Shown here: positions 33,870 through 40,714 of the stretch, piece by piece
How the letters are laid out: every line of letters starts with the position of its first letter
Position numbering within the stretch: position 1 is the first letter of the stretch
Origin: a virus
IMG/VR virus record: IMGVR_UViG_3300022231_000013
Coordinates: 1-43,347 of that record
Strand: one strand, 5' to 3'
Length of the DNA: 43,347 nt
Notes under the pieces: model-generated
What the model was told of the DNA's origin: nothing
Database searches by the model: none
What the model saw: only the letters and a program-made list of their open reading frames with translations
Made by a program: the position numbers and the translations under genes

Positions 33870-34164
33870 GTCTCTTCTCCAATTTGTACGTGCCGTTCCC
33901 GCAGCATTCGTACGGGCTGTTTTTGTACATTGTATTCACGAATGTGCGTTCCATACGCGGAACATATTTGCGCGGCTCCGTCCATGGGTTTGCGTGTTGC
34001 CAACCAATATAATCGTTGTATATCGCCTCCATCGAAAACTCGTAGGGGGCATTCATGGCAACGCGGCGTATCTCTGCCGGAAGCATGTCGTAGAACATGA
34101 ACTCCCGATCCACGTTGGTGCGCACTTCTTGGATTCGCCCGCCGATGTTCCCACGGTCAGTCAT
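33778..34164 (-). CDS. hypothetical protein (128 aa)
   Basis: ORF track. Its own promoter plus a leader hairpin. The 3' 92 nt overlap the next gene out of frame. Confidence 0.55.
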   Translation of the reverse strand: MTDRGNIGGRIQEVRTNVDREFMFYDMLPAEIRRVAMNAPYEFSMEAIYNDYIGWQHANPWTEPRKYVPRMERTFVNTMYKNSPYECCGNGTYKLEKRHVPRKSVQNFQAGPERPRTAFQHLRDFLGY

Positions 34165-34184
34165 TAAGTGCCACTCAAGTTAAT

Positions 34185-34216
34185 CCCCGCGTCTTAATTG
34201 CAGCCAAGACGCGGGG
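34185..34216 (-). promoter_or_regulatory. leader hairpin upstream of the 33778-34164 gene
   Basis: 11-bp perfect stem CCCCGCGTCTT / AAGACGCGGGG with a 10-nt loop, 20 nt upstream of the ATG; no U-tract. Confidence 0.4.
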
Positions 34217-34267
34217 ACCCAGGACAGGAGACTTGGACGGTGAGTTTGGGGTTGCCCACCGAAAACA

Positions 34268-34296
34268 AGTATAGCACGCGGGCGGGGAGGCGTCAA
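34268..34296 (-). promoter_or_regulatory. sigma70-type promoter
   Basis: Minus strand reads TTGACG (34296-34291), 17 nt ending GC, TATACT (34273-34268). Confidence 0.6.
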
Positions 34297-34321
34297 GTAT
34301 ATATTGAACGCAATCGAACTA

Positions 34322-34363
34322 CACCGAAAACAGAAACCCCGCGAACCGGGGGAGGTCGCGGGG
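34322..34363 (-). terminator. rho-independent terminator
   Basis: 8-bp GC stem (34356-34363 / 34337-34344), 11-nt loop, T-rich tail TTTCTGTTTTCGG on the minus strand. Confidence 0.65.
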
Positions 34364-34421
34364 TCAAGGGAGTGTTGCATCCAGGGAACTGATCGGAGTA
34401 ACCGCAAAGAAACCGCCTCAG
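34322..34421 (-). ncRNA. candidate small RNA (about 95 nt) bounded by a promoter and an intrinsic terminator
   Basis: The promoter at 34429-34457 fires into a stretch with no credible ORF. That stretch ends in stem CCCCGCGA / UCGCGGGG (34363-34337) followed by UUUCUGUUUUCGG. Confidence 0.4.
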
Positions 34422-34428
34422 TACACCT

Positions 34429-34457
34429 ACTATAGCACACGCGCGCGGGCGCGTCAA
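34429..34457 (-). promoter_or_regulatory. sigma70-type promoter
   Basis: Minus strand reads TTGACG (34457-34452), 17 nt ending GC, TATAGT (34434-34429). The -35 box contains the TGA stop of the HNH gene. Confidence 0.6.
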
Positions 34458-34873
34458 GTAGGGGCGGAACCACGGAACTTGCCGTCCGGCGACCTGATAA
34501 CAGTTACTTTCCCATTCTTCCATGCCTGTTTACAGTTTAGTGATTGGCTTCCGTACATCAAATTATCGAGTGTGTTATTGTCACGATTGTCGTCCCGATG
34601 TAGCACGTTCATACCAGGGGGCCGTGGCCCGATGAACAGTTTTGCCACTTCTTTGTGGACTAACAATGTTTTCTTTTTAAACTCCCCACTCGGCAATTTG
34701 TCCGGTAGTTTTACGTTGAAGCCAAGGTATATTCTTTTGCCGTGATTGGCTCCCTTGTTTACCCGTTTCAATCTCCGACGAACCCACGTTCCAGTTAACA
34801 TTGATTCGACGTTACCCAAATTAGACACACGATACATCGGGTGCTCCGGTATTACACGAAATTCTTCTTGCAT
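34454..34873 (-). CDS. free-standing homing endonuclease, NUMOD4 + HNH_3 type (139 aa)
   Basis: MYRVSNLGNVES (NUMOD4-like) and VLHRDDNRDNNTLDNLMYGSQSLN (HNH_3-like); visibly A/T-rich relative to its flanks. Confidence 0.8.
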   Translation of the reverse strand: MQEEFRVIPEHPMYRVSNLGNVESMLTGTWVRRRLKRVNKGANHGKRIYLGFNVKLPDKLPSGEFKKKTLLVHKEVAKLFIGPRPPGMNVLHRDDNRDNNTLDNLMYGSQSLNCKQAWKNGKVTVIRSPDGKFRGSAPT

Positions 34874-34901
34874 TGAAACAACGCTCCGCTGACAACAACT
34901 A

Positions 34902-34931
34902 AGTATAGCACAGGGGACCGCCGCCTGTCAA
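34902..34931 (-). promoter_or_regulatory. sigma70-type promoter (18-nt spacer)
   Basis: Minus strand reads TTGACA (34931-34926), 18 nt ending GC, TATACT (34907-34902). Confidence 0.5.
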
Positions 34932-35221
34932 GATACCCCGCAACCGGGAATGGGGCCCCCGCTTTCGTGTCCAGAGCAGGTCATATGGGGGGAGTTGCGT
35001 GTGTCTGCGCGTCGTTGCGTCTTCCAGTTGTTGCAACCACGACACGACGACGCGCTTGCGCTACAACTCGTCGAAGCGGTTCGATTTTGGTTGTGCAAAC
35101 GCTTCGTTGCAACGTGGCGTTGCTCTTTTTTGTTCGCGCGCCCGCGTGCGTAGCAAGCAACGTACCAAGCGCTTCGGCCAAGCCATGCGCGGAACGCAAA
35201 TTTGCCATGCAAAACGAACAA

Positions 35222-35250
35222 TTGTGCGAAGCGATTCGGCGTGGTACAAT
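35222..35250 (+). promoter_or_regulatory. sigma70-type promoter (weaker -35)
   Basis: TTGTGC (35222-35227), 17 nt ending GTGG, TACAAT (35245-35250). Confidence 0.45.
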
Positions 35251-35279
35251 AAAGACAGATAAAAGGAAAGGACAACGAA

Positions 35280-35492
35280 ATGGAAACGAAAACCTTCTGG
35301 TGGGACGAAATTGCAATGGAGCTGGTCGAAGTCACAGACCCAGCGCAGCTGGACGGCGACGAATGGGAACCAACAGGCAAGCGCATCGGCGCAGCAGAGG
35401 AATGGCGAACTGACCGGCACGAAGGCTGGCTTATAACGGCTTACAGCTACTCCGAGGCAGAAGCTTCGTTGCGGATAGCGTTGGCTCCCTGA
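35280..35492 (+). CDS. hypothetical early protein (70 aa)
   Basis: RBS AAAGGAAAGGA; ORF track. Confidence 0.6.
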   Translation: METKTFWWDEIAMELVEVTDPAQLDGDEWEPTGKRIGAAEEWRTDRHEGWLITAYSYSEAEASLRIALAP

Positions 35493-35577
35493 CACGCCGA
35501 AAGGGGCGGCAGCGCCCCTCGTTGCAGCGGTGGTTCCCTGCGGCCTGACGATGGCAAACCAAACAGGAGAAACGGCT

Positions 35578-35850
35578 ATGCCGACCAAGGCCAAAGGCTT
35601 CTTTGTAGCCGCGCACACGGAACGCGACATCGCAATGGGACGAAGCGCCTCGTTCCACGGCACGCAAATGGGAGCGGCTTGGCCTAGCATCGAAGCGGCA
35701 ACGAAGGCCGTGCCCCACTACGCGAAGGAATGGACGATCGTCGACGCGCGGGAAGTCAAGATGCGCCGTGGCTGCAAGCTCGTCGTCTGCTCGGAAGACC
35801 GCGTGGAAGAAGAAATCGAAAATCTTCGCCGCATCGGGCACGTCCGATAG
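35578..35850 (+). CDS. hypothetical early protein (90 aa)
   Basis: ATG at 35578 preceded by ACAGGAGA, the RBS used by most early genes. The track start at 35530 lacks an RBS. Confidence 0.6.
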   Translation: MPTKAKGFFVAAHTERDIAMGRSASFHGTQMGAAWPSIEAATKAVPHYAKEWTIVDAREVKMRRGCKLVVCSEDRVEEEIENLRRIGHVR

Positions 35851-35900
35851 GCCACAGCGAAACGCAGAGGCGGTGTACGCCGGGCCTGTACGCCGTACTT

Positions 35901-36075
35901 CCGTACGCTGCAGTACGCCTATCCCGCACGTTTTCTTACTGGCCGGGGCCACTGACGCTGTGTGCACTGCTGCTACACCGAAATGACTATTACCGTATTT
36001 ACTGCTGCCCTACGCCGAAACGTACTAGCCCCGGAAGTAAGAAAAAGTGAGGGATAGGCGTACTGCAGCGTATGG
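35901..36075. repeat. 48/49-bp imperfect inverted repeat (arms 35901-35949 and 36028-36075) around a 78-bp spacer, with flanking GTACGCC repeats
   Basis: The left arm is CCGTACGCTGCAGTACGCCTATCCCGCACGTTTTCTTACTGGCCGGGGC. The reverse complement of the right arm is CCATACGCTGCAGTACGCCTATCCCTCACTTTTTCTTACTTCCGGGGC. Confidence 0.85.
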
Positions 36076-36145
36076 ATGTACTGCGTACGTCGTGTCGCCG
36101 TGGCTCTGCCTCCTATCGCCCCGATTCCGCGTTCCGTCGTACCCA

Positions 36146-36174
36146 TTGACACACCGGTGTATACATGCTATAGT
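36146..36174 (+). promoter_or_regulatory. sigma70-type promoter
   Basis: TTGACA (36146-36151), 17 nt ending GC, TATAGT (36169-36174). Confidence 0.65.
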
Positions 36175-36209
36175 ACCGGGTATCGTACCTATAACTACTG
36201 GAGATAACG

Positions 36210-36632
36210 ATGTCTGAGTACTACAAGCGTATGGTGGCCGAACGCAAAAAGAAGGAAGAAGAATTCCGCATCTATACGAACGAGCGTATCGCGGCGATGG
36301 ACGCGCAGCGAACAAAAGACCGTCTTTCGGCGTCTGTTCGTGACGAGGTGGAAAAAGCCGCATACACGCCGACTAGCAATGCGCCGCGTTTCACCGTGGA
36401 GCAACGTCTGCGCGCCGTCGCCACAGTGTTGGCAGGCTGCAGCACCAACGGGACGGCGCGGTACATGGGAATGTCCGTCAGCAACCTCAAAAAGCTAATA
36501 GCTCAGAAGAACATACAAAAGGCCGTAGAAACCTTGGGTATAGAAGAGTTCGTGAAGGAATACGCAATCGACGAGGACGTCGCAGCGATCAAAGCCAATA
36601 CAGCAAAATACACGACACCCAAGGCATATTGA
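36210..36632 (+). CDS. early HTH DNA-binding protein (140 aa)
   Basis: FTVEQRLRAVATVLAGCSTNGTARYMGMSVSNLKKLI resembles transposase-type HTH domains; RBS CTGGAGAT. Confidence 0.65.
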   Translation: MSEYYKRMVAERKKKEEEFRIYTNERIAAMDAQRTKDRLSASVRDEVEKAAYTPTSNAPRFTVEQRLRAVATVLAGCSTNGTARYMGMSVSNLKKLIAQKNIQKAVETLGIEEFVKEYAIDEDVAAIKANTAKYTTPKAY

Positions 36633-36657
36633 CAAACCCTCTCACCTGTGCTACAAT
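36629..36657 (+). promoter_or_regulatory. sigma70-type promoter
   Basis: TTGACA (36629-36634, containing the upstream TGA stop), 17 nt ending GC, TACAAT (36652-36657). Confidence 0.65.
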
Positions 36658-36686
36658 ACAGACATCAACAACAGGAGACTACGACA

Positions 36687-37259
36687 ATGGCACGCAAGAC
36701 CACCATCGAATACCGCGACCACAAGATCGTCGGCAACAAGGCTGTCGGCTACGAAACCATCAACGAAGACGGCGAAGTCACCCACGGCGCGTTTTCGACG
36801 ATTGAGGAAGCCAAGGAGCATATCGACCACGACGAGGATTTCGTCGATTTGGAGCAGATGGAAGCCGAGGATGGCGAAGACTATCACCCCGGTTCCGTCG
36901 TGGCTGGCTCGTTCAAGGTCAAATACCGGGAACGCGCCATCGCCATGACCCGCAAGCCCAAGGACGTGTCGATGAAGGCTCTCAAGCGTTCGACGAGCGA
37001 CTGGCTGGCAATCGAACTGGCCCGCCGCACTCTGGACGAAAAGGCTGTCCTTTCGGTGCCCGCTTTCGAAGCCATCCTCGACGCGAACGGTGTTGCCCAT
37101 CGCCACTGGAACCGGACTACGAAAGGCTGGCAGGGTCGTCTCCGGATGACGGGCCGTCTGGCTCTGCAGCGCATCGTCGCCGAACATGGCGAATTGGCTC
37201 TGCCCGATGGGTCTGCGATCCCGGCCCCCAAGAATTGGATCGCGAAACACACGCATTAG
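36687..37259 (+). CDS. paralog-family protein 2 (190 aa)
   Basis: ATG at 36687 after ACAGGAGA. C-terminal domain GSVVAGSFKVKYRERA...DWLAIELA...FEAILDANGVA...GWQGRLRMTGRLALQRIV. Confidence 0.7.
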   Translation: MARKTTIEYRDHKIVGNKAVGYETINEDGEVTHGAFSTIEEAKEHIDHDEDFVDLEQMEAEDGEDYHPGSVVAGSFKVKYRERAIAMTRKPKDVSMKALKRSTSDWLAIELARRTLDEKAVLSVPAFEAILDANGVAHRHWNRTTKGWQGRLRMTGRLALQRIVAEHGELALPDGSAIPAPKNWIAKHTH

Positions 37260-37280
37260 CACAACTCCCCACAAGAATAC

Positions 37281-37309
37281 TTGACAACGCGATCCGGGTG
37301 TGATTTAAT
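37281..37309 (+). promoter_or_regulatory. sigma70-type promoter inside a 9-bp dyad
   Basis: TTGACA (37281-37286), 17 nt, TTTAAT (37304-37309). The dyad GATCCGGGT (37291-37299) / ACCCGGATC (37310-37318) brackets the -10 box. Confidence 0.55.
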
Positions 37310-37337
37310 ACCCGGATCAACAACAGGAGATACCCCG

Positions 37338-37535
37338 ATGCTCTGGATGACCTGCCGTTCCGCCCTCGTCTGCCGCCCCGTTCTCCGCGCTCGTCGCGTC
37401 CCGCTTTCGGCGGATTGGTGTTCTGGTCCCGCTGATTTGCGGGTGGTTGGCGTGCGCCGCTATCCCGTCTCTCCTGCTGCCCCCGCTGCGGCGCGTTTTG
37501 CCGCCCGCGTTCCCGGCGCTCGTCGCCCCCTTTGA
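37338..37535 (+). CDS. small Arg-rich ORF (65 aa) as written; alternative +1-shifted membrane protein join(37338..37379,37381..37593), 84 aa
   Basis: ATG at 37338 lies 7 nt after ACAGGAGA. The frame-0 product is Arg-rich. The +1 frame has no start but has a TM segment (IGVLVPLICGWLACAAIPSLLL) and more G/C-ending codons. Its TGA overlaps the next ATG. Confidence 0.4.
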   Translation: MLWMTCRSALVCRPVLRARRVPLSADWCSGPADLRVVGVRRYPVSPAAPAAARFAARVPGARRPL

Positions 37536-37589
37536 TCCATCGCCGCCGCGCAAGCGGCGGCTTCCCTTCCCCGATACGGAGACACCTCA

Positions 37590-38558
37590 ATGACCAACGA
37601 AATCGACAGCAAGCTGATCCGCAAGATCGAAGCCCTCCTGAACACCAACGGCTGCACGGAAGCAGAGGCAGAAGCACGCCTCGCCAAGGCGCAGGAATTG
37701 TTGGAGCGTCACAATCTGGACATGGCGTCGATCGGCGGATCGGCTGACAAAAACAAGCGCAACGACACCACCAAAAAGGGCGGCTTATACAGCTGGCAGC
37801 GCAAGCTCTGGAAGGAAGTTTCGGAGTTGAATTTTTGCCACTACCTTTCGGTGAAGGGTCTGCAGAAGGGATCGACATACGAACACCGCCTAATCGGTTC
37901 CCACGGCAACGTAATCGCGTCCGAAGTGATGGCCCGCTATCTGCAGGAGACCATCGAAAAACTGGCGCAGGCGTGGGCCAAGGAAAACGGTCACAAGTCG
38001 GTGTTCGTGCGGGAGGCGATCGCATACCGGGAAGGGATGACCAATCGCGTGTGCTACAAGCTGCGCGAACGTCGCGATCAAGTGCTTGCCGAAGAGCGCA
38101 TCCGCGAAGAGGAACGCAAGCAGCGCGAAGCCGCAACCGGCCAAGCGTCGACGTCACACGCTATCACGCTGGTTAACATCATCAGCACGGAAGCGGACTT
38201 CAACAACGACTACCTCAACAATTGGGAACTAGGCACCACAGCCAAGAAAAGGCACGAAGCCGAGCTTCGCAGCAAGAAATGGCACGAAGAGTATAAGGCC
38301 CGTCGCGATGCTATGACGGACGCCGAAAAGGAAGCAGAACGGGTCGCCAACGAAAAGTGGCTCAAGGAGTATCAAGCCAAGGAAGCAAAGCGTCAGCGCC
38401 GCATCAATAAAACCCCGCCCAAGCCGCGCTACCGGAAGATGACACCGGAAGAAGAACGCGCGGGCATGTGGGCATTCCGCGAAGGTCAGATGAATGGTGA
38501 CAAGGTCGGCATCGACCAACAGGTCGAAAAGACCAGCACCGTCGCGATTGAAGGGTAA
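37590..38558 (+). CDS. DUF2786-type protein (322 aa)
   Basis: N-terminus LIRKIEALLNTNGCTEAEAEARLAKAQELLERHNLD matches the DUF2786 pattern; charged coiled-coil C-terminal half. Confidence 0.7.
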   Translation: MTNEIDSKLIRKIEALLNTNGCTEAEAEARLAKAQELLERHNLDMASIGGSADKNKRNDTTKKGGLYSWQRKLWKEVSELNFCHYLSVKGLQKGSTYEHRLIGSHGNVIASEVMARYLQETIEKLAQAWAKENGHKSVFVREAIAYREGMTNRVCYKLRERRDQVLAEERIREEERKQREAATGQASTSHAITLVNIISTEADFNNDYLNNWELGTTAKKRHEAELRSKKWHEEYKARRDAMTDAEKEAERVANEKWLKEYQAKEAKRQRRINKTPPKPRYRKMTPEEERAGMWAFREGQMNGDKVGIDQQVEKTSTVAIEG

Positions 38559-38587
38559 TTGACAAAGTGTCCCTGCTGTGGTACAGT
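38559..38587 (+). promoter_or_regulatory. sigma70-type promoter
   Basis: TTGACA (38559-38564), 17 nt ending GTGG, TACAGT (38582-38587). A 7-bp dyad, 38567-38573 / 38589-38595. Confidence 0.65.
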
Positions 38588-38614
38588 GGGGACACAGGAC
38601 ACACGGAGACAGCA

Positions 38615-39394
38615 ATGGTCCCCACATTTCGCACCAAGAAGAGAGACGAGACGATAGCGGATTTCGCTAAGGAAATCCTACACGAAAGCTCGTATAAGAA
38701 GCTGAATAACTACCAACTTTTCGATGTGTCGGAAAATGCGATACGTACATTCGCCACTCCGGTCTACAAGATGGTAATTGCTGCTGCGTCGGGAGCAGAC
38801 CCAGAGCCGATGCTGGCTAAACTCGAAAAGGACATCGGAAACATAGTTGATTGGGCGAAAGCTTCGGTGTTCCGGTTTTGGTTGCGCGACGAAAACAGCT
38901 CCAGCGAGGAGCAATTCCTAGTGGGTGTCGTCATAGATCGCCGAAGGAATATGGCGCGCTCTACTTTCACAAAGGGGGAGTGGACGGTCTACGCACGTGC
39001 ATCGCAGCTGATAGACGCGGGGTCGGATATTAATCTGGTCGAATCAGCTTTACAGGATAACCACCTCAACGACATAGCTACAATCGGGGCCAACGCCGCG
39101 TGTGGCTTGATACACGCGATGATGAACCGCCCGCACGAGTATACTCTCGCGCGTGGTTTGCGCTCCAACCGAGAACGCATGCTTAACATCCCCGCCGTAG
39201 TCACCATATCGCTGTCCAAGCCTATTATTCACACGGCTCCCAATCTCACACCGGGCGGAGGCTGGCACATGCCGGAACACGACGTGCGCGGACATGAACG
39301 GCGTCTGCGTAGCGGCAAAGTCGTATGGGTCTCAGGCCACAAGCGCGGCGATCCTTCTGTTCAACGTAAAACAACCTACAGGGTGATACCATGA
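38615..39394 (+). CDS. hypothetical early protein (259 aa)
   Basis: ATG at 38615 after ACGGAGA; the track start at 38567 lies inside the promoter. Confidence 0.65.
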   Translation: MVPTFRTKKRDETIADFAKEILHESSYKKLNNYQLFDVSENAIRTFATPVYKMVIAAASGADPEPMLAKLEKDIGNIVDWAKASVFRFWLRDENSSSEEQFLVGVVIDRRRNMARSTFTKGEWTVYARASQLIDAGSDINLVESALQDNHLNDIATIGANAACGLIHAMMNRPHEYTLARGLRSNRERMLNIPAVVTISLSKPIIHTAPNLTPGGGWHMPEHDVRGHERRLRSGKVVWVSGHKRGDPSVQRKTTYRVIP

Positions 39395-39570
39395 ATTCGT
39401 TCAGACACGAGCGTCGTCGCGAGTGGAACCGCGCAAAGGCCAAGCATATTGTGAAGCTGGTCAAGATCGTCGCGACGGAGCCTAATAATGGTGGCGCGGC
39501 AGACGAGCTAGTCCACATGCTCGAAGCTATCTTCAACCACGAAGACGACAGGATTTTAAACCGTGGCTGA
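39391..39570 (+). CDS. hypothetical protein (59 aa, MNSFRHERRREWNRAKAKHIVKLVKIVATEPNNGGAADELVHMLEAIFNHEDDRILNRG)
   Basis: Read by hand because it is below the track cutoff; ATGA overlap with the upstream stop. Confidence 0.5.
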   Translation: MNSFRHERRREWNRAKAKHIVKLVKIVATEPNNGGAADELVHMLEAIFNHEDDRILNRG

Positions 39571-39919
39571 CCAAACCAAGAATTTCAAGGGTTGCAAGAA
39601 GGGCCAGACGCCGCGATCGCCGCAGAACCAACTCGCTGCGCGTATTATCGCGGAACGCCCGGACCTTGATACTTTCGGTGTATTGAAGTTGGTGCAACGC
39701 CAGTTTCCCAAGTACACGGAAGCATCGCTTCGCATGCTCTGCCACTGGTACGACTTGCCCATCAAACGGCGAGCCTACTCTCCGAAAGGGGAAGGGCGTT
39801 CCGTGCGGAACCAGAAACCGCAAGCCCCCATCAAACCCGCACCGCAGCCGATCATACGCGCGTCGGTGCATTCTTACCACGGACGTTCGCGTCTCCAGCC
39901 GGGATACTACGAACTATGA
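39563..39919 (+). CDS. hypothetical basic protein (118 aa), GTG start
   Basis: ORF track; 8-nt overlap with the preceding small ORF. Confidence 0.5.
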   Translation: MADQTKNFKGCKKGQTPRSPQNQLAARIIAERPDLDTFGVLKLVQRQFPKYTEASLRMLCHWYDLPIKRRAYSPKGEGRSVRNQKPQAPIKPAPQPIIRASVHSYHGRSRLQPGYYEL

Positions 39920-39932
39920 AGTCGAAGCGGGG

Positions 39933-39961
39933 TTGACAGCTCCGCGCACGTGTGGTACAAT
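39933..39961 (+). promoter_or_regulatory. sigma70-type promoter
   Basis: TTGACA (39933-39938), 17 nt ending GTGG, TACAAT (39956-39961). Confidence 0.65.
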
Positions 39962-39983
39962 ATAAAGTAATCAAGGAGTCGAC

Positions 39984-40583
39984 ATGCCTGAGCTTTCGCC
40001 GAATGCCATCAACAAGCCCAACGATTTCAAGGCCAAGCTTTCTTTCGCTGAGCGCTGCGCCGTTCTAGCTCTGCACCGAAAAGGGGCATCAACCCGCGTC
40101 GTCGCGTCTGCGTTCAAGATCAACCGACGGACCGTGACCCATATCATCCAAGGATGGCGCGGCTACTCGAAGTGCGCCGACGAGGAAAAGTCGATGGGCA
40201 CGGAAGCTTTCATCCACAAATATCTGACCGAGGACGTCATCAACCGGGTCAACGCAACAGCGGACGACCCGGAGGTGAACCAGTCGTACAAGGAATACGA
40301 CCGCAGCGCATCCAACCGCACGGTCACCCCGAGCCGCCGCGCGTCAGGGACGGCGGGAATCAATTACTACAAGCCGTCGGGTTCCGACATCGCGCATCGC
40401 ATCGACGTGGCTTGGCTGGAAGCCAACACGGCGTCGGATGCAAGCGGTCCGTTCGAACACCCCGCTGGCTGGTATTGGCGCGATCTGGATGGGACGGACC
40501 AGTTCTGGAACGGAAACCCGGAGGAAGGGTCGCACCTGACTTCGATGAAAGCACTCAACCACGCAAAGCAGGAGTTGGCATAA
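39984..40583 (+). CDS. early HTH DNA-binding protein (199 aa)
   Basis: LSFAERCAVLALHRKGASTRVVASAFKINRRTVTHIIQGW is an HTH pattern; RBS AAGGAG. Confidence 0.65.
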   Translation: MPELSPNAINKPNDFKAKLSFAERCAVLALHRKGASTRVVASAFKINRRTVTHIIQGWRGYSKCADEEKSMGTEAFIHKYLTEDVINRVNATADDPEVNQSYKEYDRSASNRTVTPSRRASGTAGINYYKPSGSDIAHRIDVAWLEANTASDASGPFEHPAGWYWRDLDGTDQFWNGNPEEGSHLTSMKALNHAKQELA

Positions 40584-40714
40584 TGCGTACCACCGACCGA
40601 GTGAACAAGAAACCGAACCCCGCCGCTGATTTCCTGCTGGAATGTATGCGGTTCGCGATGGCTGTCATCGTCGCATCCGCGATCGGCGTCGTCATGTTTC
40701 TGGTGAGGACGTGA
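40583..40714 (+). CDS. small membrane peptide (43 aa)
   Basis: TAATG overlap with the upstream gene; C-terminal TM segment MRFAMAVIVASAIGVVMFLV. Confidence 0.45.
   Translation: MRTTDRVNKKPNPAADFLLECMRFAMAVIVASAIGVVMFLVRT

Noticed and set aside
34260-34460. Repeated units that could be mistaken for a repeat array or CRISPR
   Set aside because: The similarity is confined to the promoter hexamers and GC-rich spacers. There are no regular repeat-spacer units and no cas genes. No CRISPR is present.
34180-34473. 97-aa minus-strand ORF across the small-gene region
   Set aside because: It reads straight through an intrinsic terminator and a consensus promoter, it has no RBS, and its product is low-complexity.
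35502-35519. GC hairpin AGGGGCG/CGCCCCT after the 35280-35492 gene as a terminator
   Set aside because: It has only a 7-bp stem with a 4-nt loop and no U-tract, so it is not distinguishable from chance in GC-rich DNA.
35901-36075. Invertible promoter switch (inverton) reading of the 48-bp inverted repeat
   Set aside because: No invertase or recombinase gene exists in the genome, and the 78-bp spacer has no convincing promoter. An origin, operator or RNA duplex is more likely.
37117-38157. 346-aa minus-strand ORF
   Set aside because: It lies antisense to the DUF2786 gene and the early promoters. Its composition is extremely Arg/Cys/Pro-rich.
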